DNA of 64,000 nucleotides from Rhizophagus irregularis (GCF_026210795.1 NC_089433.1:1426001-1490000); one strand, 5' to 3'; counted from the first letter of the stretch, positions 1 to 15,279 are shown. Translations and numbers: made by a program. The notes: generated by a model from the sequence alone, not told the origin.

Positions 1-3000
1 AATCTCATTAAGCCTTATTAATTAATTAATTATAATCTTAGCTAATAGAATTTGGTAAAAATTTATAAAGGTTTGCCTTTTTGGATAAAGTTTACTTAGT
101 TTGAAATGGCTCATAAAGAGCACTAAATTAATTTTGGTAAAATTTTAGCAGTTTCAACATTTATAATAAGTTTTATTAGGTTTTACTTTTCTCTAAAGTT
201 TCGTTAATTTTTTAATAAGATTTTTATATAATTTTAGTAAAGTTTTGATATTTTAGCATTTCACCAACTTGCCAAATCCTTTAATTTCTCTAGTAACCTT
301 AGATAATACACATTAAATATTAATTTATATTTGATATATATTAACTACATCTATACAAATTATCATTTAATATATAAATGAATATATACAGTTTATATAT
401 TTTTACATATATTATATATTTTTTTTAAATAAAAATACTGGTAATTTTTTAATTCTATTAATTTTATATTAATTAGCAGTATAATATTTTATAATTTTTT
501 ACTAATTAATAATATCATACCTTGAAATTTTAATGTTTTTCTACTAATTAGCAGTATAATTTTACAAAAAAGTAAAATAATTTTTTTAAATACATAATAT
601 ATTATAAAAAAAAAATTGCTTATTTAATATAAATTATAAGAGTATAAACTAATTTTATATTAATTTTAATGAAAATATTTGCTTATTTTGCTGATTTATT
701 ATTGATCTTTATATATATTTAAAATTTTTAAAATTAAAATAAAAAAAATGGTTAAAAATTATTTATTATTAATTTAAATTATTATAATTATAAAAAAATT
801 ATATACAGTTAACTTTCTTTATAATTATTTTTTTTAAACCATTCAATAGTATAATTATAATAAAATGTACTTATTGATAAAGATATTAATCTGGTATTTT
901 TATATATAAATAAGTATAATTATATATATATATATAAAATTTGTAATATATAAAATAAAGATATTATATATAATAATTTTTCATAAAATAAAAACTTTTT
1001 AAATTTAGAGTGCAGATTACATGTATTTTTATCAAATCATATAATTTGTGTATTTATATAAAGGAGAATTTATATATATTATTATAATATAAAACTGGCA
1101 ATTAGGAAGCTTGCATATATTATGTAATTATTAAAGGGGGGAGGGGGTAACCAAAATCTTACATTACATTTAATAAAATTATATGATTTATAAATATTAT
1201 AATTTGATTGGTTATTAAATTTAACAAGGGGGAGGGAGAGGAGTAAGTTTATATTAAACTGAATATTACATGATATGTGTAACTCTTCTTAGTGTAATTA
1301 TATTTATAATTACTGATAAAGTGATTATAAAAAATATATGCCTTATTAAAAAGGTTGAATTCTTATATAGAATTAACTGCATATATATAATTTACTATAT
1401 TAAAATATCAGCTCAAACATTCAGTATAATACAGTATGTATATATAGTATTAAATTGTATTAGTCAGTACAATTCAACCCTGTATATATTTATTAACAGA
1501 TTTTAACTGCATCTTAAAAATTTACAAGATAATATTAAATTAGCAATTTATTAGTATTCATAATGTATGTATTTGTAATAAAAATGAAAACCCATTTTAT
1601 AATAGAAAAAAAACAAAATTATTATAATTAATTGTTGCATATAGCTTACAATTTATATAAAAATTATGGAATTTATATTTATTTGACCTTTTCTTCTTTA
1701 TAAACAATGTAATGATATAACAGATATTTAAGTTTATTTTTTAAATAAATTACTAGTAATAAATATAAAGTGAAATTTTATATATAAATAATATGCATAA
1801 ATATTTACGTAATATTAATTATTTTTTATAAAAAGACATAAAGTTAGTAATATTTCAAATCACATGACTTAATACTATTTCAAATATGGGATGTGGCTTA
1901 GAAAGAAATGCGTAATAGTACCGTGTGTGACATTTTTATGGGGATTATGTAAATTGTAATTAACCTAAATTCAGTATATCGCAAAATCCGCAGTCAATAG
2001 CCAATACTCTGCCCAAATTAAACGATGATGTGCTTCAAAGTTATGTAACTTTCACGTAACGATTTTTTAGCGAACTAATAAATTCCTTAAAAACCAGTTA
2101 ATTATCTGGTTCTTTTGTATGTGGGTAAAAAAAATTAATTTCTTTACGAATAACGAGCCACCAAAATTATTTCGCTTTGTTTCAATCGCTAATTTATCGA
2201 TTCTTTGATTGTTACACACATTAATTATGGGGTTTAATATTATTCTTCTTTCTCACTGCTATCATTATAAAAATTTAAATAGTTACATTTTTTTTTCTTC
2301 CTGTTTTCTCTCAAGAATTTTTAATTTAAATATGGATCACCAGTTTAAAATTCAAAATTTCCCGGTAAATGAATATTAATTTATTATACATATTTCTAAT
2401 AATATTATAATATTAAGGATATTGAAAGTATTTTTTCAGTTAAAAGATGAGATTAAGCATAAATAAGATTGATGTTAATATTTGTAAATCAATCAATCTA
2501 ATCTTAATCTATAAAAGCGCGTGCAATTCTATAACACAAATAATATGAATTTGTTATTCTACGAGATATTTTTTAACAATTCATTTTGTATACAAGATGA
2601 TGAAACATTAATCATCCCGTATTGCTGTTTTTGAAGTTTCATTTCCTAACTTTTTCACTATCTTTCATTTTTTGCCATATAAAAACTGTTATTAATTTTC
2701 TTTGTTCTTTATTTGTTAAACCATTAAGTTAAACTATACCATTTACAACCTAATTAAATTTTAGTTATAAAACAAATTATTTGAGCGCAGTAATGAATAT
2801 TCACTTCGAATATTCGATCGAATAAATATTTCTATTTTGGGCCCTCATTCCTTCTTAAAATAATTTCATGGGAAGACCCATTTTTACGTGATTCTGGAAT
2901 CAATTTCCGCAGCAAGAGATTAATAGGAAAAAGCGGTTTAATCGGACATCACCGTATCTTTAAATGAAACTGTCTCTTTAATGCTCTTAATGAATATATA

Positions 3001-3496
3001 TGTAACATTGAAGTGGGCGCGGCAAAAATTTTAAATTATACTTCTGTGAATACTCATAAATAAAAAAACCAGTTTTGGATTTGGATGAAATGCAGCAAAT
3101 GCAGCATGGTGATCTCATACAGGGGGGTTAAACATTAATTACATAAAAAGTCATAGTTAAATAATTTAGGTTTATTCTCTATTATAATAAATATAATAAA
3201 TATGTTGCAATTCATATAAATTGATGATGCAATGATGCAATTTACTCACACAAATTTTCTGCGTGTTTGACCGGAATTTCGATACAAATTTCCGCAATTT
3301 CTGTGTAACTTCAAATGATCTTTGTTATCTATATCTATATATAATAAATACAATATTCCGTTGTAAGGTTACTTTTTAGGTTAAAACTTTATCTAATCAT
3401 TTAATATAAAGTAAATGAAATTTCCATTTCCCAATTTTTCTGTTGGTTTACTTTTTTCTCTTTTGAAATTTTATTTTCTCGTAAAATTGTTTTAAT

Positions 3497-6400
3497 ATGG
3501 GGTCTCATCAAGAGCTTCCAATAGTTAATACCCCTGCTAGTCCTGCTTCGCCTCGTGCAAAGCAATCTGTTGGCTCAAGTCGTTCGTTTTATAGTTCTGC
3601 TTTATCTCAGTTTACTTCTATTCCAACAAGTCCAAATTTCGGATTTGGTCCTCGTTCTTTCTTAAGTACACAAAATTATTTAGAAAGTGGTATGCATTTT
3701 TTTTCATTCATTGACTCCTTTGGAAAAAAAAAGTTCTCCTTGATCAATGGTTAAAAAAAATAATAATAATAATATAATAATAATAATAAAAATAAAATAC
3801 AAAAAATCATCTCCAATCAATCGTTCATGTCGAACAATGTTGTTTGCTGTTATCTAACATGATTGTTGGTTTTTAAGCCTGATCATCTTAATTTATATCA
3901 GATCGGGAAATTTGCGATCATCAAGATCATCATTGATAACGCTTTGTGCCGAACTAGTATCTATATAGTAATTAATGAGATTAAATAATAAAAAAAAAAA
4001 TAAATTATCTACGATAATACAATTATTTATATTCAAAAATTTTTTATAATTTATTTATTAGGAAACCCGGCTTATTCCGCTTCGTCTTCAAGAATTCGTA
4101 ACCAAACGTTGGCGCTAGGTGACTTGAATATACCAGAGTCTGAGTCTGATAATAAAAAAGATGAGTCACCAAAGCAAAGTAATTTATCTTTGCTCTTACA
4201 ACAAGAATCAAAAACTCCAACACCACCAGAATTACAAACATCGAAACCACCACCATCACTTGCCGCAGCAGGCGAAGCTGCAATTGCCCAATTAGAAGAA
4301 TCACGTAATAAGAATAATAATAACATAGGGACTTCGGATAACATCATAAGTCCATCAAAAGTAAATTATAATGAGTCACAACCACTACTTAATAACCAAC
4401 TTTATCAGAATTATGGAAATGCAGGCGACGATGCTATTTCGATCGATGATGATCCTTGGGCAGAAAAATCTTGGTTAGAAACATGGTTACCTTGTGTTCC
4501 AAATAATTATGAAGAACATCCAGAACCAAGAATTCAAATTACTTCAGAAAATATATTTAAAGAATTTGTCTTGAATCCACTATCATATATTCCGGCTGTG
4601 ATTCTTGGATTGCTATTGAATTTGTTAGATGCTATATCTTATGGTATGAATAATCGTTTACGTGGCAACAAATTAGATTTATATTAATGATGAATTTTTT
4701 TGGAATAGGTATGATCACGTTTCCAATTAGCAATCCCATTTTTGCTGATTTTGGACCAGATGGAATTTCCATGTTCTTTGTAAGGTAAATTGATTTAACT
4801 ATTTTTAACTTTATTTTGTTCAATTATTTATCCATTTATTCTATTTGCAGTTGTATCGTATCTCAGGTAATTTATTCTGGAGGTTTTAGTATTTTTGGAG
4901 GAGGCAATGGTAGTATGATGATAGAAGGTAGATATTTGATATTCAATCATTTCTGTTTATTACGTGAATTATGTGAGATTATTAATTTAAATCAAATACT
5001 CTTTAGTCGTACCATTTCTACATATTATGTAAGTAAAATAAATTCTAATTACATATATACCGTGTAATTTTTTTTAAGCCTAAAATTTATTAATAAGATA
5101 AATCACTTTAGGGCAGAAACGATTATACGAGCAGCGAATCCAGATGAAGTAATCCCTACAACCATATTATCATTTGCTTTAAGTTCAGTTTTGACTGGGA
5201 TTGTGTTCTTATTAATGGGGGCATTCAAAGTAAAAAAAAAACAATTTTTGCAATTAATTTTATATTCTTTTATGATTCAATTCTAACTTAACATTTAATC
5301 ATAATTAGCTTGGTTCCTTAATTGAGTTTTTCCCCAGACATATTCTTGTTGGATGTATTGGTATGTTTGGTCATATTTAATTATAATAATTATGTATTCT
5401 TTTTAAAGAAAAATTACATTTATTTCAGGTGGAGTTGGGTGGTTTCTTATTGCAACTGCAATTGAGGTTGCGGCTCGTCTTGATGGCAACTTATCGTATT
5501 CATGGGAGATGTTCAAAATACTTTTTCTTGACACGCATACGTTTGCTTTATGGGGTTCGGCACTTGGATTGGCAGTGCTCTTAAGATTCCTCCATTCAAG
5601 ACTCCCTCATCCTCTTGTTGTTCCATTCTATTTCATGATTGTGCCACTTTTATTTTATCTTACTGTTTATATATTTGGTTTTGAATGGCAAAATTTGAGA
5701 GATGAGGGATGGGTATTTCCTTTGCCGGGAGGAAATGTTCCGTGGTGGCATTTCTACACATATTATGGTAAATTGAAATTTATCATGAAATTTTATTTGA
5801 ATTTTTGGCACATCAATTTTTAAGTCTGATCTTATTACATAACTTTAGATTTCACAAAAATAAATTGGAATGCCTTGATACAAACTGTTCCCGCAATGTT
5901 TGCTTTAACATTCTTTGGTATATGAATTATATAATTATTCAAAATTGTTTTGTCTTTTTTTTTTTAAAAAAAAAAAAATGATTTTTAAATTATTAAATTA
6001 TTTTGTATATTTTTTTTTTTTATATTTTCAGGTATTTTGCATGTTCCGATTAATGTACCTGCATTGGGGGTTTCGTTAAATGAAGATAATGTGGATACAA
6101 ATCGTGAATTAATGGCTCATGGTTTTTCAAATATGTTTTCTGGTCTTGTTGGCAGCGTTCAAAGTATGTGTATTGGAAGGGATCGATATGAAAAATTTGA
6201 AGCTGTTTAATATGTTTAATATGTCTTTTAAATTAATTACTTAAATCATTTATTATGCAAAATAGACTATTTGGTGTATACCAATTCCGTCTTATTCATC
6301 AAATCTGGTGGAGACAGTCGCGTAGCAGGATTGATGCTTGCTGCAGCAACCGCTATTGTACTTTTTGTTGGACCATGGATCGTTGGATACATCCCAGTTA

Positions 6401-7861
6401 TGGTTGTGGGCGCACTTATATTCCATTTAGGAATTGAGTTGGTGAAAGAAGCCTTGATAGATGCCTGGGGGATTGTCAACCATCTTGAATACATTACGAT
6501 TGTAGCTATTGTGATTGCTATGGCCGGCCTTGGATTTATTGAAGGAATCTTCTTGGGTATAATTATGGCTTGTGTTTTCTTCGTGGTATCAAATTCACGA
6601 AAGAGTGCAATTCGAACCAAATTTTCTGGACGTTCTATTAAGTCCACTGTACGACGCCGATATCGACAACAAAAATTCTTGAAAGAAGTCGGAAACCAAA
6701 TATATGTAATTAAATTACAAGGCTATATGTTTTTCGGTACAATTAGTGGTGTCGAGCGTGCAATTCGAAAATTTTTAACTTATCGTCAATGGAAAAGAAA
6801 TCCAATCCGCTTTTTAATTGTCGATTTTTCCCTTGTTAATGGATTGGATTTCAGTGCAGCAGAAGCATTTATTAGAATACAAAGACTTTTATCAGCAAAA
6901 AATGTTTATCTTGTACTTTGTGGAGCTGAATATAATTCTGAGATTGGAAAAGCTCTAAGATCTGTTGGAATTTGGGGAGATTCATCCAATAGCTATTTAC
7001 AAATATTTGAGAATTTTAACGAGGCTTTAGAATGGTGCGAAAATGTATTATTAGAAGCATATTATGGAAAAAACATTTCCGCTCCCTTGTCTGCAAATAA
7101 AACTGGTACGAATTTATTTAATATTTTGTTTAATACGTGTAATAAATAAAAAAAGGATAATTCTAATTTTCATTAACTTTTTATAGCTGGACTTCTTACT
7201 CAACCTAGGAATCAAACACCGCCCAAAGATATCTTCGACATGTATAGTCCACGCCAGAATCTCGTTCAAGCTGTGGGTAATATAATATTACAAGGTCAGT
7301 TTTTTTTTATTTTTTTTTTATTTCAAAAAAATTTTTCATTGCTTTATACGAATCTAAAATTTTGAGCTATGTATATTAGATCAAGAAGAAAGGGTTGTAA
7401 AATATGCAAACAAACTTACGGCAGCTCTTATGGAAGCATTCCAAGATATTTCTGGAAAGGAAGAAGGTTTCTTTGATCGATTAGAGCCATATTTCCACGA
7501 AATAGAAGTACCATCGGGTGCAATTTTATGGCGTCAAGATGCTGAGCCAGATTGTTTATACCTAGTAGAAAAAGGTATACTCAAAGCAACATGGAGAGCA
7601 ATGGAAGGTGATCAAGCTAGACCGGTAGAAAGTATTTTACCTGGTACAATGGCGGGAGAACTTGGATTTTTTGCGAATAAACTTAGAGAAGCAACTTTGA
7701 TAGCTGAAGTGGATTGTGTATTATGGCAAATGAGAAGGGCCGATTATGATTTATTACTCATGAATGAACCTAAGATAGCAAATGAATTTATGCGTTTAGC
7801 TTTGAATTTTTCTGCTGAAAGATTACATGCAATGACATATTACGCTTTTCTTTTGGCTTAA
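3497..7861 (+). CDS. VSB1: Multi-exon SulP/SLC26-family transporter with STAS and C-terminal cNMP-binding (RmlC-like) domain; Vsb1/YGR125W-like vacuolar basic amino acid transporter
   Basis: ORF pieces 3497, 4109, 5509, 6271 and 7430 are joined by GT-AG introns (donor at 3690, acceptor ending 4061, 22-bp micro-exon 5007-5028). Motifs: [94 protein letters not shown], cNMP-like [18 protein letters not shown]. Stop TAA at 7859-7861. Confidence 0.88.
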
Positions 7862-10789
7862 TTTTAAGAACCAAAAGCATATAGATGAACTTAATACCAT
7901 CTTCTCTAAAATGTTCTATAGATCGAAATATTAGTAATATTTATTAGTGAAAAATAGAAGATAAAAACTAGACTTCTAAATCATTACGAAAACATTCTTT
8001 CCTACTATCCTCTTCAAAAAAAAACAATTTTATATTCTTTTAAAAAAAATTTTTACATTGTAAATTTTTGAAAAACAAATTATTTTACTACATATAATAT
8101 AATAATAAAACTATCATTTGAATTTGTCACTACACGCGGTAAAGAATTTATGGAAAAATTTTAATTATCGCAAGAACCCCAATCATTATAGGTAATTGTT
8201 GTGTTAGTTCCATTAATGATGAAATGTAAATTAATTAAAAATGTAATATAGGCTATCTAAATTATTAATCTTGCTATCCATCTGTTTATGAATATTACTG
8301 TACTTTTTGCGCAATGCGCAACAAAAGTCACATGCAATTTGTGCAAAAACAAATCCGATTTGCGCACTCCGCTTAAGTTTTAAAATACAAAATTTTAAAA
8401 TTATAAGTTGCGCTATACGCAAACTAGCGGAAATTAAAAAGTAGGTTGCGCTCTGCAAATTCTACAAATAGATTTCATACACTGAATCCTCTCTATTTAT
8501 TATAGTAAAAGCTTTTTACAGGTTCTTTCCCAATTTTTTTTCCAGTAAGATCACGAATTTCACATCTTACTGTTTTAAACACATAATCCATAAAATTCCC
8601 TATCTCATTAATCAAATTATAAATTTACTTATCTTAATTTCTTTAATAAGAGATGCATTAGGTGAGAAAGAAAAGCTTACATATAATCAGTTTGAAGTTT
8701 CAGATGGTTGGTCAATATCCATACTCAGTGACTCAGTTGATCAATTAAGAATGTCAAACCATTTATTACCTTAAAAAAACCAAAAACTAAACCAGTAATT
8801 TTGTTCTTTAAGATAAATACTATTAAACTACCAGCCAGATTTTTAAATAGATATCTAAATAAAAAGTTATAAGTATTTAAATTTGAATGATTTTTATATA
8901 ATTGATTTCAAATTTAAAACATATATAATAGGCCAAAATTTTTCATAATTTTGTAAATTTCAACCTAAATTATCATTAATTATTTTTAAAAAAATAATTA
9001 ATTATAAAAAACTATCATATATATTTTAGTTTAAATAGCTAATTATTATTTTTTTTTACTAAAAGTATCTTATTTATTTAAAAATATAATATTACAATAT
9101 TTTATATATTAAGAGAACTCTTTCTACTAACATTTATGTCTAAAAATTAAATAATTATTTTTTTTTTATTTTCATTTATTTTTTTTAGTATTTTATTTTT
9201 TTACTTAGTAATACACTTGTACAAAACTTCAAATTTATCTTGACAAAAAAAGCTCAATATGATTTTTAGTTTTTTTATTTTTTAATTTTTCACTTTTTTT
9301 TATAGTTTTTATTTTGTAAGATTTCTGGACTAAAGATGATTTGAAAAGACATATCACTCAAAATAAAGCTTACTATAAATGTAAACAATTTAAACATCTT
9401 TTAACTAAATGAAAAACTGATCTAATAATATAAAAAAAGTTTATCAATAAACTTTATATTAATGAAGATTTTATTTTTTTTTTATTTACCTTTATAGGGA
9501 TTGATATTTTATTATGGTAGTTAATTTACGTATTCATAAATATAAACTTCTAAAATATCCCATTCAACCAGCAAATATTTCTGATGAGCTAGATTTTACA
9601 AACTTTTTTTACAATAATAATTTATATACTAATAATAGGCTTATACTCTTTAAGATACTAAATAATACTATCAAAAAGCATATAATAGCTTTACAATTTA
9701 AAAAATATCTATACAAAGATTATCTCTGAAAAACTTTTACTAGTTTAATAAAACTTTTCAAATAACTTACCTTTTTCTTCTCTTTTTTTAAATATTGTTT
9801 ATTTCTTTATTACCAATTTTTTTATCCAAATAATTAAGATTACTAATAAAAATACCTTCTAACTACTTTTGAATATTATCACGTTCAAAATTAAATATGT
9901 TTTTTATTATATTCTAAAACTTGCTAGCTATACAATAGATATGGAAAATCACTTTTACTTTAAGTATAATAACAAAATGAAACAACTATATTGGAATTTT
10001 GCCAAATTATATGATTTAATATATAGACTTATGTTTAATCATAATTATGAAAATAACCTATGTAATTTCTCTTTAAATAATATATTTAGGCTTTATATTC
10101 AGTTATTTCTAATTAGAGACTATAATGAATGTCAATTTCTGATTGACTTATACAGTTATACTTACCGTTTATGTACTTTATAATATATATTTATTTTTAT
10201 TTTTCTATTTTTCTCTTTTTTCTTTTTTTATTTTTGTTTTATTTTATATGTTTTCATTTATTTTATTAATAGATATAGCTTATATATTTGGAATTTTAAG
10301 TGGAAAATTGATAGACTTTTAGTGCTGCTATCAATATATGTGAAATTTTATGTATATCTGATAGAAGGAACTTATTTTATATCTAAAACATTTTATAATA
10401 TAATGTAACTATAACTTTCTTTCATTGCTCTTTAGTATTCTGCTTTATTTTAAAAAATAAAATATTTAATAATAAATAAATAAACTTTTTAAACCTCCAA
10501 CAATATAAAAATATTTATATTTAAAGGTAAATTTATTTCTTATTCTGAATGAGTAATATTATTATTTACCTTTATTATGTAATAAACATTTTGATTAGCT
10601 TATTTTTGATTGGCTAATTTTTTTAACTTTGAATTTTCAGTAATAGCTAAAAAGAAAAATCTGCAGTATAGCAAATCTTTTTTATAAAAACATTTTAAAT
10701 TTATTTGTATTTTATTTTTTTGAAAGTTTATCATTATTAATAGAAAAATAAAATACAATTGTTTAAAATAAAACTTTACAAGTATTTAT

Positions 10790-11560
10790 TTTTGATATAA
10801 TTAATATTAATAATTATGATAAAATTATGGAAGATAAAAAGATAAAGTGAAAGAAATAAAAATAATGAAGAATAATAAAAGTAAAGAAAAAAAATAAAAA
10901 TAAAAAGCAAGAGAGTAAAATTGAAAGAAAAATAAGAAAAAAAAGAATAAAAATAAAAACAAAAGAAAAAACAAAAGGAAAAGAAAAATAAGTAAAAAAA
11001 GTATAAAAAGAAGAAAATAAAAGAAAATAAAAGAAAATAAAGAAAAACTGAAAAGAAAATATAAGGGAAAAATGAAAAAGAAACAGGGCAAAAGAAATAA
11101 AATGAAAGAATGAAATATAAAAGAAAAAAAAATGAAAATGAAAACAAAAGGGAAAGGAAGGGGATAAGAGGAGAAAATAAAAAGAAAAGGAAATTAAAAT
11201 GAAGAGAAATGAAATAAAATGAAAAAGAACAAAAATGAAACAGAAATAAAATAAATAGAACAAAAATGAAACAATAAAAAGATTATGAAAGGAAAAGAAA
11301 ATGAAAAATTATTAGTAATAAAAATGAGGAAATAACAAATAAAAAATAAAAAACAATAGAAACAAAACTATTTATTTAAAAAGAATTGGCAAATCTAAGA
11401 AAAAGAATAATTTGAGAGTTACTGAAATCTAAAATAAAGAAAAAATCTAAAAGTCTGAAACCTGTAAAAAATGAAAAGGAAAAATCAAGATCAAAAATAA
11501 ACAATAATAACAAAACCCAAAAATAAAAAGAATTGAAAAGTAGTAAATAAAAAAATATAT
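10790..11560. repeat. Purine-rich (A/G) low-complexity tract
   Basis: Runs of aaaag/aaaat. The Phe-rich minus-strand ORFs are a by-product of this composition. Confidence 0.8.
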
Positions 11561-12536
11561 ATATATACTTTAATCATAAAACTGAAAGAATCCATTTCTT
11601 TTTTTCTTCAAATAATAATTTAACAAATAAATAAATTCTAAATTTTGTAAATTAAGTTATTAATATAATTATTCTAAAATCAATTTGCTTTTATTATAGA
11701 TAAAAAACAGTAAATTCTGCTTGTATTAATAGGTTAGAAATTATAACTAATATAATCAATAAGCTTTATTTTTATTATAATTATTACCTTAAATATGCTT
11801 TTAGAACTATGACTTATCAGTTATTACTTTGATAAATAAGAACTCAATTGGATTTGGAATGGATAATCTCCAATTAGTTCAATAATGCAAGTCCAATAGT
11901 CCCAATTATTCCATCACTATAAACATGGAACGTCAACAAATTTTTCATGTCAATTATACTGCGTCTTGCATTTCCTTGACAAATTACAAATGAGTTTATG
12001 TATATTTTCCAAACACAACACTATACAGTATATGGTAAAGCTGAAAATATCTTCGGGGAGAATGCATGTATTAAGGAAATGTCTGTACATGGTGGCAGTT
12101 ATTTAAATTTGGATTGAACTTGACAATATGAGATTCTTGATAACAAAAGATACTTATTTAATGGTACTATACCTTGCATGTGGTTAAATTTTGGATTTAA
12201 AAAATTATCATTATGTAAATTTTTTTTTTTTGAATAACCGATTATAACCAGCATATAGTTTAAATTACTGTACAAATCAGGATAAACTATTCGGATAAAG
12301 TACGCGGCAAGCTAGAAAATCTTGTGTTACGGTTTGGAGCAAAAATTTCAAGGGGGCAATATATTTATAGGAACTATATTTAGCCGCTTTTATGTAGCTT
12401 TTTTAATTGGGTATTCGAAAAACCGTAGAAATAGATGTATTTAAACGGCGCTTATGAGAATTGAATTGATGTCAAACTTAATTTACGTAATTTCATTCTT
12501 TTATTCACTCACTATTCTCCCATCTTTTTTTTAAAT

Positions 12537-13643
12537 ATGAAAAACTTCTGCTTTAGAAGGTCGATTCCCGATGATGAATCCTATCAGGAATATAATCATA
12601 ATAATACGTTTCTAGTACCCGAAATTGAAAGACAAATTTCTCAAAACATGTACATGTCAAATCTATGGAAATCAAATTTCTCTTCCCCAATCGAACAAAA
12701 GCTCAAAGTTGGAGGATATAGGATTCTGGACGTCGGGTTAGTAACCCGAAATTATCGTTCGTCAATTTACAAATATTTTCAATTTCTTTTTGTAACCTTC
12801 AGATGCGGTTCAGGGACTTGGCTACTCGAATTAGCTAGGATGTACCCTAACAATGAATATTACGGCGTTGACGTAACTCCGTTATTTCCAACTGATAACT
12901 TACCAGGAAACATCCGATTTTTTATTGTAAATGTACTTTATGACCTTCCTTTCGAAACATTTACATTCGATTTCGTTCATCAACGGCTTCTGGTTCGAGA
13001 TTTTAACACTAAACAGTGGAAAAACATTATTGGAGAATTGGCAAGGGTCACAAGACCGTACGGATTCATCGAGATAATGGAAATGGACCTAGCTCCTTAT
13101 TGCCAAGGTCCAACTACAAAAAAGTTGTTCGAAGCGTGTAAGTAATAAAATAGAAGCATTTCTTTTTTAAAACTAAAAATTAAAAATTTTTTTCTTTATT
13201 TAGTCCTCTCAGCAATGCACACCAGAGGTATTAGTCCCATTATCAAACCATTATTGCAAAGAATGTTGAAATCTAATAGAAGCCTCTTTAATGTAAGAAC
13301 CGAAGCAAAAATATGTCCTATCGGAGAATGGGGCGGAATCAAGGTAAGAAATTTTTAAATTTTATTCGTTCTTGAAAAAAAGAATTATAATAATAATATT
13401 TTTTTTTTTCATACAATTTAGTATTTAGAGATTGGATTACCAATTTTTAAGTTGATGAAAAGGAATAACCTTGAATTTATGAGTATCACTCCGACCGAGT
13501 ACGATAAGTTACTCCGAACTTATGAAAGAGAAGTTTATGAATATGAAACTTTTATAAAAACATATAGATTTTATGCTCAACGAATCCAGCCTAGTTTTTA
13601 TCGACAATCTTACATTTCTAATATCGGCTTTTCGAAAATATAA
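12537..13643 (+). CDS. Class I SAM-dependent methyltransferase (LaeA/UMTA-like type expanded in Glomeromycotina), about 4 exons
   Basis: Motif I RILDVG|CGSGTW is split by an intron (~12738-12802). Also YYGVDV, LPFETFTFDFVHQR and ELARVTRPYGFIEIME. Further introns at ~13138-13204 and ~13343-13421. The last exon ends FYAQRIQ..KI*. Confidence 0.88.
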
Positions 13644-15279
13644 ATTGCTTAAAAAATGTGTACATTTTTTTTACACATATACGGTATAAGAAAGATTTCT
13701 TTTTATATTATAGTTAAATTTTTTTTTGTGATTCATTTTATTCTTTCTTAGTAATAAATATCACTTTGTCGAGAAATATGAACGTTTATTTAAAATAATT
13801 ATATTAAAAAAGGAAAGTCAGAAAACTGGTGATCGAAATATAATTTTTTTTTTCTGCCACAAGTAAAATTTTACAAACTAACACTAATCAAGCCAGCCCG
13901 ATGCGATTCAGGAATATTTTTTTATAAGTAAAATATACCATTGCATCCATCTCCAGTTTGTTTTGACCTGCTTATTCAAACAAACTCATTTAATGAATCA
14001 TGAATCATCTATTAAAGAATCATGATTATTAATATATATTATGCATATTTGGATAATTTAAATATCGTCTTATTTCCTTAGACGTAGAAACTTCAATACT
14101 TATATCATCAGCAACTTTTCTCCTATCGTTATTTGTTGTTTTGACTTGATTTGATCTCATGATAAATTATATATAATTGGTTCCGAATTTCAGAATGTCA
14201 GCTATAATTATCAGGAATATACACATAAACATTTATCCGCTATTATTGAGATTTTAATATGAATGATTTATTTTTGTAAACTTACATGTGGCTAAAGTCT
14301 AAAGGATTTAAAAATAAATGCATAAAAACGTATTATCCGTACGACATTAATTTTTATCAAGATATATGATACGCTCAAGTATTTATGATGAAATGAACTA
14401 TTCTATTATCGTATTTCGAAAAGAATTCACTTATATATGTGAAAAATAAGAGACTATCAGAAATAATGAGCAATTTAAACCAGGACCATTACCTATTTAT
14501 ATCATAAATGGACAATATTAAAGTTATATACAGCATTTGATAATGGGTTAAGTAGATTTTATTTTTTTCGTAAAATAAAGATTCATAACGATGCACGTGA
14601 TTTATTTCATGTTACTCAAGAACATTTCTCCAGCAAAAATAAGAAAGTTAAATTGCTTTTTTTTCTGACTTATTTTTTTTTAGCAAATTGTATTCACAGG
14701 CAATTATTTGTTATTATATTCTATAATCTTGAAGATTTTATCGAAACAAAACGAACCCGCTTTTAAATAATTAATTTTAAAAGAATGAAGGAAATACAGT
14801 AGTTAATAAAAATATTAATTCTCGTGGTCAATTTGATCCTAGCAGATTAATGTTGGTAGTGTGACTAACACATCAAGAATATCTTTATAATTCTTACAAT
14901 TAAATCTTTAAAAACAAATACAATATAAGTGCTTTTTAAATCATAACTATAATTAATGTAAAATCTCGCTAAAGTAGAACCACCTCGTCTGTTATTTTCA
15001 AGTGTATAGGTACGGCTCGCTTTTCAAATATAATAAAATGAAAGAGAATAAGAGAATCAAAACCACATTAGTAAAATTAAAAATAAGAATTGATATGTAC
15101 GTTTTGGTTTACCACAAAATCCTGACACCCACAATCTTGACAGTCAATAAATTCTAAATCTCGACAATTTGCGTGGTTCCGTAACCAATTTAAATCGTTG
15201 CTGAAAAATTTGCTTAAAGAATAAATTTCTAAATCATTTGCTTTAATAATTGTATTAAACTTTACTTCTTGCGTTAATA

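Noticed and set aside
1095..1295. Possible Harbinger-like MITE with G-rich internal tracts
   Set aside because: The inverted ends are too degenerate to fix termini or a TSD.
4044..6647. Antisense ORFs 4044-4304, 4072-4347 and 6267-6647 (also 33650-33991)
   Set aside because: Shadows of real coding exons with no independent motifs.
10776..11263. Three overlapping Phe-rich minus-strand ORFs resembling membrane proteins
   Set aside because: Artefact of a T-rich low-complexity strand with few stop codons. The same applies to 27126-27377 and 34979-35629.
13900..15030. Possible small spliced gene between the methyltransferase and the peptide gene
   Set aside because: Some coding-like patches, but I could not assemble a consistent exon chain or find a motif.
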